From Paraspadella gotoi (Eukaryota > Animalia > Chaetognatha), in NCBI GenBank assembly GCA_051294375.1, contig CM119270.1:13043407-13107406 (forward strand): a DNA stretch of 64,000 nucleotides, given 5' to 3'. The notes below the pieces were generated by a model. It searched no databases. It was not told the origin of the DNA and saw nothing but the letters and a program-made list of their open reading frames with translations. How positions within the stretch are numbered: the stretch's first letter is position 1; each line of letters starts with the position of its first letter. A program made the translations under genes and the position numbers. This document shows positions 30,587 to 44,900 of the stretch, in pieces.

Positions 30587-31231
30587 CCTTTCCAACTCCT
30601 TTACTTTACTTTTACTTTTACTTTTCATTGCTTTCTATTCTTTTATATACTCAGTTTGTTCGAGGCGATTTTTACCTGCATTCTTTTCGCATCTTTTGGC
30701 TAATTCTGATGAGCGGGGTTTTCCGTCTCTTTCTCACCCTTTTTAGAGTATCTGTAAGAGATAACCAACGATGCAAGTAACAAATAATATATAATTCATA
30801 ACCTGAGTCCCACTCCTACATATCAATAACGCTGATTTTATGTCCTACAATTCATTTCTCCCCGAAACGATTGTAGATTTTTCTGCTTCTGAACGAAGTC
30901 GCCTAAGCCTGAACCTTCCAAGTTTTATTCCTTGGCAAAAGTGCCGTATGTATTTGCTTACTACAGTACTAGTAGGTATTTTATACATTGAATTAGACAT
31001 CACGGTTCTCCAGTTATCTGTCCAATTGATTACTTGATAATACGTACTTAATCCGTCCGAATATTTTTAATTTTACTATCGTTGATTATTAATTATTGAT
31101 TTACATCGCACTTTAAATTACACTTTTTAGCGACGAACCTCACTTGATGCAATGGCCACGCACAAACAAGTCCCAACTTTATAAAAAGGAAATAAAAAAA
31201 TAAGTGTCTAATTAAAAAAAACTGACCGACG

Positions 31232-34200
31232 ATGGCGGATTCGTCGCCTAACTTGGATCCTCAAGACTTTGAAAAAGACTCGGTGACTCTGTCGCTGAAG
31301 GCCGTTTACTTCGACGAGCTTAACATACCCGAGACTGCCTCTTTTTACTACGTGGAGGCAGCGGAAGCGCTTCTCAGCGCCATCAAACATGGCTCGAAAA
31401 AGCCGGGGCTCGCCCAGGTACTTCGTTTATTTTTCTTTTTTTTTTGGAGCGGTTGTTATAATTTCGTAAACAAAAGATAATCGATGGAAAGATGATGTGA
31501 TGATATCGGCTAAGTTGAGTTTAGTTGTCCAAAGTCGACTACAAAATTGATGAAATCGACATTACTTTCTTTGCCCCCCGACCTATATTTTCCTAATAAG
31601 TGTCATGTTCTCGTTATTGGATAAAAACGACAACAAAAAATTCTTCAATCCCTTTCCAGAAAGCGACAGAATACATCAGTCGCGCAGAGAACCTGAAGAA
31701 GCTCGAGTCTCGACCCGAGAGCGCGCGGAGGAAGACTCTTGTTCGAAGGTAAGTCTTCTTTGATAGACTTCTTACCTCAACTTACCAAACGACAATTCAG
31801 AGCGTCGCTGGATGAGCAGTCTGAGGGGCGAGCGCAATTCCTCATGAGTCAGGCGCTCGATGAAGACGAAGCGGGCAACGTGGACGAAGCCTGCGAGCTC
31901 TATATGCAGGCCGCCGAGCTGTGCCTTAAAATGAGCAAGAGCCTGGGAGGTCCAGAATCGTCTACTGGGGGTGAGATTAGTCGGAAAACCTTGCCTTCAC
32001 TCATTTCTCTCACAATTGTAAATTTATTTTATTTTACAATGAATTTATCCGATTTCGGGATTGATCAGTTTTTATTTTTTGCGAAGGTTCGCCGTCGCGA
32101 TTGGGTGGAAGCCTCAAGTCGCCGACCCAATCTCGAAGCCAGAAAGAAAAAATTTCGCAATCTGGCGACTCAGGCCATCGAGCGAGTCGAGCTTCTCAAG
32201 AAGAAGCTCAAGGAAATCGAAAACATCCCCGCCCCACCCGTCGACGACCCTGTCGGTGCGAGACTCTGCTCCGGTAGAGTCTGCGTCGAAACCTTCCTCG
32301 GACTCCAACCTCAGCAGAAGGTAAAAAAGCTGATATAACAAATTGTGGCTTTTCCCTCTATATGGATCCTAAGATAATGTTTGTTTCTTCGACGATTCAG
32401 TCGCCATTCAGCGCACTCGACTCCGCCACCAGGCGGCGGAGGTGGCGGTGCCGGAGGAATTGGCGGCCCCGGGAGAGGGCGGCTCCCTCCCAGTGCCGGT
32501 GGATATTCTAAGGAGGAGATCGAAGTCTTGCGGAAAACCTCCATCATCAACGGGCGAGAATATTTGCCTTTCATGTCGGTCGACCTGAAGGAAAAGTTCG
32601 CCTATTCTATTCCCTTCACGGACAAGCACGGAAAGCTGGAACTCAGTCCCAAACAAAAAGTTAGTGGCCTTTTGTTTTTGTGCGTTTTAGTTAAAAACTT
32701 TGTTGTACAAGATCATTCAGTTATTATTAAGTTTTTTTTTCGCCGTTAGGAACGCTTCGATCGTTGGGTTCGACCCGATGAGATCTGCGAAACTCCCACG
32801 ATGATCATGGCCGTGTCGTCGTTCTCCATTCGACAGGTTTAAGTTGTATTTAATTAGCGACCGCCTCCGTTGCCTTCCTTCCTTTTAAAATAATTTGTAT
32901 TGTTTGTCCAGACGATCGTTTCGGATTGTTCTTTTGTCGCTTCGTTGGCGATCAGCGCCGCCTACGAGCGACGGTTCCGCAAAAAACTTATCACCAGCAT
33001 CATCTATCCTCGAAACAAGGCCGGAGAACCCATGTACAATCCCTGCGGAAAATACATGATCAAACTCAACCTTAATGGGATATCTAGGTTCTCTTGATAG
33101 ACGCTTCGTAATTTTAGAAATTATTAAATTTGTTATTTAATAATAGAATTGTTTTTTTTTTCGTCTAGAAAAGTGATTATCGACGATTACCTCCCCATGT
33201 CGAAAGACGGGGAACTCCTTTGCTCTTACTCCAACAATCGAAGCGAACTTTGGGTCTCCCTCATGGAAAAGGCTTACATGAAGGTTTGCCAACCCCGGAT
33301 CTAGAGAAATATTGCTTTATTATGTAGGTTTGTGTCATATAACACAGCTGAATTATTTTACTCTTTTCTAACAGGTAATGGGCGGTTACGACTTTCCTGG
33401 ATCAAACTCCAACATCGATCTCCACGCCCTCACCGGATGGATTCCCGAAAGAATTTCCACTCGGAACGACTTCGACAAGGACGCCGTCTTCAACAAAATT
33501 TACAAACGGTTCGTCATTTAAAAAAAAAAGAGCGTGGCCCGACTAATTTTTTTGTGATGTCGCCTGTTAAAATCTCTCTTTTCACTCAAGATTCAACAAA
33601 GGGGACGTTCTCGTGACGACGTCGACATGGAGAGTTGACGGATGACGAAGCCGACCGCGCCGGTCTCGTCACGAGCCACGCCTACGCCATGCTCGACGCC
33701 CGGGAAGTCAACGGAGTCAAGTTTTTCCAGCTCAAGAATCCGTGGAACCATTTGCGGTGGAAAGGCAGGTGCGTGGTTCGATCGAGGCCAACTAGAAGAT
33801 TTGGCGACGTTTTGTAAAATCCTTTTTCTTCTTAGATACTCGGTCGACGATCGTCAAAGATGGACGCCAGAGTTACAAAAGGCGTTAAGCTTTGACCCTA
33901 AACACGCGGCGCAGTTCGACAACGGCGTCTTCTGGATCGACATGGACGCGCTCGTTCAGGTAATCGGTTCGGTCAATTGATTAAATACTAGTTATTCAAT
34001 TAGTTATTTGAAAAATATATTCAGAACTTTTTTTTTAATTTTGCGGCAGTTCTTCGACGTTTTCTATCTCAATTGGAACCCAGACCTCTTCAAGCACTCC
34101 TATGTCATTCATGACACTTGGTTCAAGAGGGAGGGTCCAAAGAAAGATCTCTACTCCATTCGTCTGAATCCCCAGTACAAGCTCCAGGTCAGTGCTTACG

Positions 34201-35415
34201 AATTTCTCACTCTCGTCCATTTCCTTCATTATTGAGCCACAAATCTCTGACGCTCTGTCCTAGGTGAACGCCACGGCCTCCTCCGGCGCCGTTTGGGTTC
34301 TGTTGACGCGTCACATAACCGACAAAGATGATTTCGCGCACAACAAAGTCTTTTTCACTTTGCTCGTCTACAAAGGGGGTGAGAGGATCGAGGAGAACAT
34401 TTCTTTTTATGTTCCACTTTTCTCGTCCTTTTTAATGTATCGCCCCTTTACCGTACTCTTTATTATATTCTTTCGAAGGTCGCAAGATTTACCTTCCCTT
34501 TGATCCTCCTCCGATGATAGACGGCGTTCGGATTAACTCTCCCCATTATTTGTGTAAAATTATGCTCACCGAACCTGGAACGCATCATTACACTCTGGTC
34601 GTTTCTCAATACGAGAAAAGCGACACAATTCACTACACGATACGGACTTACAGGTTGCTATTTTGCATAATGGAACTTTCATCCCCTATACTACGTGAAA
34701 TTTAACATATTTGGTTATTTTTAGCACCTTCGATTTTCATTTGACGGAGATCAAAGAACCTTACAATCCAAAGATAGAGAAAAATACTGTGGGTGAATGG
34801 AAAGGTAGTATTTTAAGTTGAAAATTTGTTTTCTCAGTTTTATTACCGTAACTGTGTTTCCTTCCGTTCTTTAATATTTAGGCATAACCGCTGGCGGCTG
34901 CGCCAACAATCGCGAAACTCACAAGAACAACCCGATTTATCAGTTAACCTTCTCTGCGGTGACTTCTGTTCTTATCGAACTGAGAGGACCGAAAGAGTAT
35001 AGGTGAGGGAAAACCAAATTTTAGCTCGTGTTAAGAAGCTCAGTTGCTTTCGACGCCTTTTTTCGCCTTTTTTTTCAGCGTTGGGTTCGACATCGTCACC
35101 GTTTCGACGACATCGGGTGAAAAACCGATGTTTGGAGAGAGGTGAGAAGTGATTAAAAATAGATAAGGATAAATTATATAAAACGTAGGTTTTGGAACCC
35201 ACATTAAACTTCTAACATTCTTACTCATTTTTCCCCACAAAAATTTCAGATCTTCCAGTGGAGCCTTCAGAAAAGGTTACACTTTAATGGACTTGGACAA
35301 TCTCCCCCCCGGGTCCTACAACATCATCCCCTCGACTTTCTCGGCGGGCCAAGAGGGGCCTTTCTTTCTCAACATCAGCGCATCTTCACCTTACAAGCTG
35401 AATCAACTTCAATGA
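31232..35415 (+). CDS. CAPN7: Calpain-7 (PalB homologue): tandem MIT domains, cysteine protease core and domain III; has apparent frame breaks
   Basis: MIT helices, [17 protein letters not shown], catalytic [13 protein letters not shown] (Cys), [12 protein letters not shown] (His), LKNPW (Asn), [27 protein letters not shown]. Confidence 0.93.
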
Positions 35416-35945
35416 TGGATTTGATTTCCCAAAAAAAACGAAAGAATATGTAATGGTCTAATTATGTACATGAAATACGCATTTACCTCCCAGCGTCCTT
35501 TTGAGCATTTAATTAGACCAACCGTTTTGTTTCTGCCGGACAATCCGCAATTAAGTATGAGCAATTCGTTAAATCTGATACATCGAGTCGTTTAGACTTG
35601 ATCACAACTCCCCCTCCCTTCATGAACGTCTCCGCTTTGGCCTCTTAACTTAAGGCTTTCACTTTTTTTGGCTTTGATAAATCCTGTCTCCGCGTCAGCT
35701 CGCGTCAAAAACTGTTATTAGGTCCTGCTGGATTTTTTTGTCATTACCGTTGATGATATGTTTTTGTATTTATGAGTTGGAAAAAAAAAATTCTTTTTAC
35801 AGCATCGCGATCTCATTATACACTTTTATTATAACTTGTTATCCAAAGAAACTTGACGGGCGAAAGAAAAAAAATGTTCTCCCACCGAATTTACTCTTGC
35901 ATCTCAAGACTCGAAGAAACCTCTACAAAATGACTTGCGACTCAG

Positions 35946-35955
35946 TCACGTGATC
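35946..35955. promoter_or_regulatory. E-box / CLEAR-like motif just upstream of the CCDC142 start
   Basis: GTCACGTGAT, a 9/10 match to the MiT/TFE CLEAR palindrome GTCACGTGAC. Confidence 0.35.
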
Positions 35956-35965
35956 GACTCGGACG

Positions 35966-38900
35966 ATGCCTTCAAAATTTCTGTTGGGTAGACTTCCTCC
36001 TCTACATAGTCTCGGCAAGGTAAGCCGGGTTTCATTTTTCGTAATGCGAATGTTATTTTAACGATCGATAACTTTATTACCCCCCAAGGCGTGTTCCGTT
36101 GACTTTGGCGATGATTTGCCCTTCACGGAAAGTCCAGATGACAGGTTAGAGACCATTTTATCCCCGCTGGAATATTTAGAATGTAATCCCTTATTCTTTC
36201 CTTAACCACCGCTCCTCCTTCTACCGCTTTTAGTTCCCCGACCCCTCTCGACTCGTCGGGCACGTCTCGGGGCGCCTACGACGTTTCCTACGGACCGGAA
36301 GAGGCGGAGGCGACGGCGGCGGCGTTGGGGAACTGTTTCCGCTTGGTGCAGCCCGGTAATCACGTCATTAAGCGAAGCGGCCGAGGTTGTGACGACAACG
36401 ACATCCGGTTTATTCACAGGTAATTTGTCCCACTATTCTTATAATTTGCGTTTTATTTCTCCGAAATTATTTCAAAATTTTTTCCGGTAGTCGCCGCGCC
36501 GTCGATTTGGGTCGGAAGCACCGAGATCTTCAGCTGCTGCTGACTGGAAGAGCTCATCTTCATTTCCTTCGCGATTGCGTGATGCGGATTCAAGCCGTCC
36601 AGTCTTTCACTTTTTATCTGCAAGTACGCTTTCAAAAGTAGCCAAGTAATTGAACTGAGAAGTAACTTCTTGATGTTAATCTCACTATTCCCCTCTCCAC
36701 ACACAGGATCTGGTAAAGTGCGAACTCTTAACATGGCATCGTATTGTCGCCGAGGACGTGTCGTCGCCGGTCGAATCGCGCCTCGACTGCCTTTCGGCAA
36801 TATGTGAGGATCTCCGCGTTCACGTGAATCACTGGCGAATGACGCAGCAAGTAAGGGGAGGCGAGGCCCGCGATCGATCACAATTCATCCTTTGGTTGTA
36901 TTTTGACTCAAATTGATCGATTTTGTCCTTTTCTATCTTTCATCAGCGCCATCTGACGGACAAATGGCTCCAAATGTCGTCGAGATTGTCGAATCAAATC
37001 CGCGCGCTTCGCTCCGTTTACGCGAGGTAATTTTGCCATTCAGTTTTTCCTTCCGCGAAGACGAATCCCCAATTTCCTCTCATCTCCCTTCCATCCTTTT
37101 TACAGACTGGAGTCGACAGCCATCTGGTGGGTGGGCCAATTCATCTCCATTGGACTCCGAGTCTTGGCGCATTACGACTTGTCCCGCGTCTCCCAGAGTG
37201 ACCTCTGGCAAATCACCAAGGGTGTCGAGGAATTTAACGCCATAGGTCCGTTAGACAAAAGACATGTCGGTTCGATAGGTCGCCACTAGAGACTTACTTT
37301 CTCCCCCCCCCCCTTAATTCTACCTTACGTTCTCAGTGTCCATGTCCTCCAACTCGATCGAGTATTGGCGAACTCACCTGGCACTACACCGCCTCCCGTT
37401 TCCGTCCTCGATGGCGACGCCCGACGCGCCGCTACTCTTTCCTCCGGCGCGACTCTGCAATGACCACATGTTCCTTACCCACCCGTCCTTGACTCACCTC
37501 GCCCTCTCCACCTTCCTTTCCGCCGTCATCAGCCCCGTCCCCGTTGCTCATCTGCTCAACGTTTTGGCCAACGAGCGGGCCAAATACATCGCCGCCATGG
37601 TATGGGGAGCGTTGAAGATGGTATATTTTTAGCTTCGGGTAAATTGAATTTTTCTTTCGACAGATACACCGCGTGGTGACATCTAACGCAGAACTCCGCG
37701 CGATGGCATCTCACTCTCACCACGTCAGCTTTAACTGGGAGAGTCTCCTCAGTCCCGACGAAAATCCTCCGTCGGGGACGACCTCTCCCGTCGACGCCGT
37801 TTCCACCACTCACTCGGCAGCGAAGGCCGAGCGTCGCCGAGACGCCGAGTCCGGAACTGAGCGGCAGCGGCGCCGAGACGACGAACGCCGGAGGGTTAGG
37901 GCGCCGTCGCCGACAGGTCCGAGGAGGACGTTTTTCCTTTTTGCAATTTAACTTCGTTCATTTTATAAATCATTTATTGACGTTATCATTATTTTATATT
38001 TATTCGTGAAAAATTGACAAAAAAAATTTTCTGTGTCAAAATCAGAAGCGGAAAGCTGCAACGGAAAAACGTCGGATTATTGGTCAGCTACGACTTGCAG
38101 TTCCGGAAGTGGCGTTCAAACACAGGTTGTTTTTCAAATACAAACACCAAAAGTTGATGAATAATTCACTCTTTTATCTCGCTGTGGTATCTCCAGATAA
38201 CCTCTCGAAGAAGCAGCGTGGCAAACCGCGAACGCGCGCGATGCAGTGGCGTGGCTTCTAAAGCTTCGTTGGCGCTTGATAAGGCTTCCGCAAGGATTTC
38301 CGCTGCCCAGGTTGATCTCAGTTTCAAAATTGACCAGTGACCATTAAAAAAAGCTCTCCAATACAATTTTTTTTAAATTGCCGCTTTCTCAGGCTTCGAA
38401 AATTCACGAAGCGACTCTGCTCTGCGTTGAGCAGATTGTGACGATGGCGCGGTTCGAGGAGGACTTCGCCTCGGAGTTTCTCACTACCGTCTCTCACTGC
38501 ACCACCCTCATGCACAAACCATCTTGGCAGGTGAGGGCGCCTTCGCGTCCGCAGTTTTGCACATTATCGTTTTTTTTTTTTTTCCTTTCAGGATTCGACG
38601 CCCATGAGAACCATAGCCAAAGCCGGGTTGCTCAAAGTTGAATCCATGCTGCCGCAACAAATTCCTTTGCCGACTGCCGGGAAAGGCATCGGGGTGGGTT
38701 TACTTGTTAATCTTGTCTTTGTAGTTAAAATAGTTAACAATACTGAAGCTTCTGCAGAACGTTTCATTCGTCGACGAAGACGACGACGAGGACGTCGAAG
38801 ACGACGAAATGGAATCGGACTCGACAATTGACGTGACGAACGAAAGTCACAATTTTGTGGCCTTCAGCGAAAACCAAAGACTCGATTCTGTGATGCCCCC

Positions 38901-41900
38901 TATCGAAGACGCCGTGCAGGTGAGTGTGTGATATTGTCTCCATCATGTGCTACTTTGACCGAATTCTGTGGATGTTTTTTTTTATCCCCTAATAAAATTT
39001 TCTTTTTGAAATCGCTAGAAATGCCCAGCATTAATCGTGGAGACTTCGACGGACGTGACCCACCGAACTCTGGTGGTCGACTCAAGCAGCGAGATCGACG
39101 AGGCGGTGGAGTCGCGACCTCGCAACACGAACCGCGACCGTCCGGCGTCCGCTCTTCCTCATCGCGTCCGGGGCGGACGCGGGGCCCGTCCGCACATGCA
39201 TCTCTTGCAGGTTTATGATTCAATTTATTATATCGGGCATTTTCGGTATAAATTTCTTTCTAAAAACCCTTTCATCTGTCTAACAGGTTCCCGGCGCCGA
39301 CTCCGCTCACAACAAGTCCCTCAAGAAAAAAACTGTTTCTTGGAGCGACTCGGCGGATCTCTCGCTCAAGCTTCGCCTGACGGGGCACTTCATGGACATG
39401 CTCTGGCTGAGCGTGGGCAAGCACCTCGCCGCCGCATTGCACGACCTCCGCCGATCGAGAGCCGACACAGACGGCGAAGAGAGCCCCCTCCTCGGCCACG
39501 CCATGTTGCTCGACGATGTCATCGTCGTCACTCTCGGCTACACCATCAGCAAACTCTGCGCAAAAGACTCGCTGCCGCCGGGCGCCTTGCTCATCTTAGA
39601 AAAGGTTAGGAAGGCGCTTTAGTATTTCTTATATTTTTGTAAAAGCTATGTTAATGAAAAATATTAGAAGAATATATCGGGAATTTAAAATATTTTAAAT
39701 ATGCCCGCATTGTTTTCTTTTTTTCAGGTCAGTCAGCAGCTGCTGCTCTGTCGCGCCTCTGCGTCGTGGGACGAAATGTATTGTTCCGCGGCTGCGTCTT
39801 CACAAGCAGGTCATTACTATATTTATCGATATCTAAGTTTTAAAAGAGTATTAATATTATTAATTTAAATCTCATTCATTATTCTATTCTTAGACAAAGG
39901 TCAACCAATTCCTCTAGTGGGGATCGAGCCTCTCTCCTCGGAGGGCAGGAAAACTCGATTCGGTTCCGCCACAGGGAAGAAGTTCAGAGACGCCTTCCAA
40001 CCGATCATCGCATCCCTGAGTCTGGTCTGTTCCAGGTAAAAGTACACCTCGGGTTTTCTTTTTCTTTTTTTTTTTTTTTTGCGAAACTTTGTATCGATTG
40101 GGATCGATCGACGCGAATCTCATTTTCCAAATCAGGTTGAGCGACGCCGGCGATTCCACCCCGACGTCTTCATTTTCCGTCCAAGAGTTCGTGGATGTGC
40201 TCAAACTCTTCTCGCGGCTCGTCGTCACCGTCGGGGCTTCCGCCAATTGGGTGAGAGAGTTTTGACGGGGATGATGGAATTATAAATATGGGCAACTCGT
40301 TCAAAGTATGAATTGTTAAACGTGACCTCAATTCTCCTTGAAACCCAGCTATACACGAAAACTTGCTCATACTTGAGTTCGTGGAGCGTGGCGCAGTTTC
40401 TCCTGACGACGCAAAACGATCTAAAGATGATCGTCGACTGCGTAAACGGAGTCGCCGCGCTGGAGCATCGGGCCTTCATCGCCGTGAACGCCGCATCAGC
40501 AGGTTGGGGATCGCCCAGCATTTGTCGTATTTGCGTAATTGAAAAGACTAGGATAAAACCCAATCATCATTAGTGATAAAAATATAGGTAAGTTTAAGTA
40601 CTGTAATTATTGAATAATAATTCTTTTCTTTTTCATACAGGCTGCCTCGTAGATTCCGAAGTCGACGGGACGGACAAGAAAGAGTCGAACGAATTTCAGG
40701 TTACGAATCCATCCGATTCTTCCAATCAACGTCTTCTCGTGGAGTTTTTACAGAAGCTTTCTGCTCAATTAGCTACTGTCTCCGAAGACATCAAGGTAGT
40801 TTTAAAGAAATTTTTCACCAAATCCTCCTCTCCTTATCTTTTCTTGTCGCTTATTTCCGCTACGGTTTCGTTCAGGCTTTATCTACGACTGCCGCCCTTC
40901 AATTTTCGTCTCGCTTTAAATTACTCGCCGCCGAGTTTTTCTCCGAATCGCTTCCCGACCCAAGGATTTGGCGGAAGAAAGCTTCCATCAATGAGGTGAG
41001 AATTGCCTTTTCGCTTTTCATTTGAATGCTTTGAATGTGAGCGTAATGAATATACCTTTCATTTTCCTACCGTTGGACTGGTTCCCACGATGATCTTTTG
41101 TCTTCATCTTGTAAATCTACTTAACCCCAATTTCCTTGTCGATTAAATGTTAACCCCAATTTTCGTGTCGGATCATTTGTTTTCCTCCGATTCAAACTGC
41201 AAGTGTTATTAATCTTATTTAAAGTTGCACTCTCAAACAAAAGCCGTTTCTTAATTACTGTAAAAATGATGAAAAAGAATCAAAAAGGGCAATACGTTTT
41301 AAGATGTCAAAATTATTTGCGGCTTGTTTTTCAAAGACAAATGCATGTATTGGCGAATTTCACATTTCTCCATGTAGTAAAAAAAAAATTTAAGCTACTG
41401 AAAAAGGTTAAATTTGATACTAGTACAATCAAGCCTGATTGGACTTGAAAATAAAACATCGAAGGCGGGTCCATCCGTGTACCGTTATTAATTACTTTTC
41501 TACTAATTCGGAGGGCTGAGCCCACTCACCTTTGCCACTAATTAATAGTTTGCAACTTGGTTAACCGTTTAATTAAGGTTTCGAATAAATCCAATTACCC
41601 CAGGTTCCGGTGAACCGTAGCAAGTACATCGAGGAAGCGGTGGTGGTTCTGCTCCTGCCCGTCGTCGATGGAGGAAGCAAACTCCCGACAGAGGCGAGAA
41701 TCTCGAGCCTCTCCGTCGCCGTCACCGCCTTGGGGGAGGAGTGGATGAAGGTCTTTCTCAAGCAGAAGATTAGGGTCAGGTAAATTAGTGCTTGGGTGTG
41801 TTTGTGGAGTTGTCGATCGAAATTCTTCATCACGATTAAATTGTTAATTGTTACTAAATGGAACGAATACTTTTTGACGTATGTTGAAAAAGATTTTTTT

Positions 41901-44900
41901 GTGGCGTTTAAGGGGAAGTACATGAACTGAATTTAGTTTACGCTCAATGATATATCCTCGACAGAATTTTAATAGATGAAAAGGTTGTCATTGAGGAGCT
42001 TATTCCTTTAAAAGATTCGAACGATTTTTCTTATGCTTTTCTTCACTGAAGGGGGGTGTGTAAATAAGAGTGATGAATGAGGAAGAAAAGTGGATGGAAA
42101 AGGGATTTAAAATCTGTCGACGTGAGTTTCTGACAGAATTTTAATGAACGAGTAGAAACAGGATTGTTTTAAAAGATAGCGGCTTAGCTTTTTAGGTCGA
42201 GGAGTTAAAACGTGTCTTCGTCTTAAATTAAATTGCTGGCTAAAAAAAACAGTAATAACATACATTCTGTTGCTGCCATCGATGTCTGATGTCTTTTCAG
42301 TAGAGCAAATAAATTTTAACTCTTAGCTTTGAGAACTTTGTTTACTTGAAAATTCAACTCTTGTTTAAAAGAGAATAATAAGTTCTCTTCAGAGAAGTGA
42401 TTGGAATAAAAAGAGGGTATAACTTAGGCCTGACGGGTTAAAATCATTTTGTGTGACGGTTTTCATCATTTAATAAAGCTATTCGACTGTGAAGCGCTAT
42501 TTTTCTATTTTTAAACTGAAGTAAATATTTTTGTCGGCCCGAAATAACATTCCAAAGCTTCATCAGATTTCCTCCCTCTCGTTTTTCATATGCCAGATAT
42601 TTTGATAAGCGAAGCTGTTTATGACTGGCAAGTGAAAAAAAATATGAAAGGTGATTTTGAACCTTTTTCTGTTCGTTTGGTGTGAATTACAAAAGCCGAT
42701 CCTTTTTTCGAAGCTTCAATTCTTGCCTGTTCCGACTCCTACAGTTGTTTATTAATAGGATTAAGGACCCGAATTTGGTCGAGGAAATAGAAAGAAAAAA
42801 AAACAAATAATCGGTCTTTTGAAGAAAAAAAATATTAGTAGCAATGGCTACTGTAAGGTTCTTATGTTATCTTTCTTTAGTTGAACTAGTCATAAACCAA
42901 TTTCACAATGAAATATTGTAATTAATTTTCCCTAATCGACTTCTGTTGCGGGGGTAATTACGACTCATTTCCCGTCATTTTTCTTTAAGTGACGAATGAG
43001 GTTTGAATAATTCAAGAAGGCCTTTTTGGGTAAATTTTACTTTCACCGACCGGGGTTAGCGATGGTTTAGGGGTGGGTTAGGGTTAATAGGGTTTAGGGT
43101 TAGGGAAATTAAGTAATATATTTTTTTTAATTTTAATTAAGTATTTTTAAATAGTTTTTCAAAAGACGCTAAAACCCGGTCGGCGAAAGAAAAATGTTGC
43201 CGCCTTTTTTTTCTTTCCTGTACCGTATCTCCTCCTGATGCTTGGGTGGTCGAAATAACGAATCTATAATAAATATAAATTATAAAATTAAATGTTTAAA
43301 GCACGAACAATTGAACATGGAAAGCACATTTTTCGTCTTTGATTCGAAAAGTGTTTGCTCGGTCGTGAAACCGCTAAGTCACCTGGGCGTATTTTTCATT
43401 AGATTATTTTTATCGTATCTTCATACGATTTTCAAGATTAAAGTCTGCGATAACTAATTTTTTGTGATCGATTTTTGCGTCCGCGAATAAATTCTCATCG
43501 TCGAAATTGTGACTCGATTTATTCTCACTGATTTTCGCTGTGATCGAATCTTTCACCGTGAACCGCTCCTCAAGTCTCCTCCGCCGCGACTCTCGACCTT
43601 GGAAACCCTTCCAACTCTTCCCTCCGCGCCGAACTAAGTCAGCCACGGGAAAGGGACGGGGAACGTTACGTCCCTCCGCCGACGATTTCTTCGGCAAATT
43701 CGCCCCAGTTTAGCCCCGAGTCTCTTGATTTCGCCGAAGAAATGAGTTTGACGATCGTGGGACCTTCGTTACGTCCGTCCGCCCCGCGCTCTGAATTCCC
43801 GGAACTTTTGGATCTCACTTAAAAACAATTTTTAGACTTAATAGAAATTCGAGCCCTGTTAATGGGATGTAGACGTTTTTTTGGAAGGAGAAACGAAGAA
43901 AAAAAAAGATTTTCCAAGAGTTTTAATCAAACACTGATGTAAGTCGCTCGTTGGAAATTTATTAAAAAAACAAACTAATAAAAGAAAAATGGGAAGTATG
44001 GAACCACGAAAGGAAAAATCGGAAGAGAAGGAAAAATTCGATTTGGACGACAATCTTTTGTTGCTGGGAAATTGTGGATTTTATCCTTTTGGAATTTACT
44101 TAATTGCTCTCTTCTTAATCTTCATGTGTCCGGCTCAGTACATGACCGGTGGGTGGAAGGGGGACGACGTGCTTATCGTTACGTTCGAACATAAATAAAA
44201 TTACGAGATTTTTAACCTTTGAGAGTGCAAGCAGACTTGATATTTTATTGAGATTTGATCTTAATTCTAATGACCGTTAAGTCGAACTAAAATTATTTAT
44301 AATTATATAAATATATCTAAATAAGGTGATATTTCTATTTTATAATTGTATAAACTTTAAACGAATAGTCAGCTGAATAGTTACAATTTTTTAAAGAAAT
44401 GTATAAAATAATTTCATAAATCCTCTGCTATTTTCGCTCGTTCCCCCTCTGCACAAAAAAGCTCATATCGCCTCGCTCACACCGCCTCATCACTGCAAAA
44501 TCGACAACGACAGCCTCGTTAATGAATCAATTCCATGGACGATTGTCAATGGAAAACCCCAGCTGTCTGAGTGCGAAAGATTCGCCGATATTTCTTCGCT
44601 CAGTAATCCGGGGAATAACGCCAGCACCATTCCATGCGACCGGGGATGGCATTATGTCGACGCCGTTCCTGGTTCGTTGATCTAAAAGCGTTTAATTAAT
44701 GTTTAATAATGGTTTGGATCACGACTCACGAGTATGTTCGTATCGGCTTGATACGCAGGTGAATCGATTGTTTCTGAGTGGGACCTCGTTTGCGACAAAT
44801 CATGGGTTCCGGAATTCTCCACATCCATGTTCAACGTTGGCCAGGCGTTGGGGGGACTTTTTGTTCAGCCCCTTGGCGACTTCCTCGGAAGAAGAAAAAT

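Noticed and set aside
41121-41175. About 29-nt imperfect tandem duplication (TTAACCCCAATTT...) in a CCDC142 intron
   Set aside because: Two diverged copies only; an ordinary local duplication.
43064-43105. True telomere or chromosome-fusion site
   Set aside because: The repeats are short, degenerate and enclosed by TIRs of a dispersed element.
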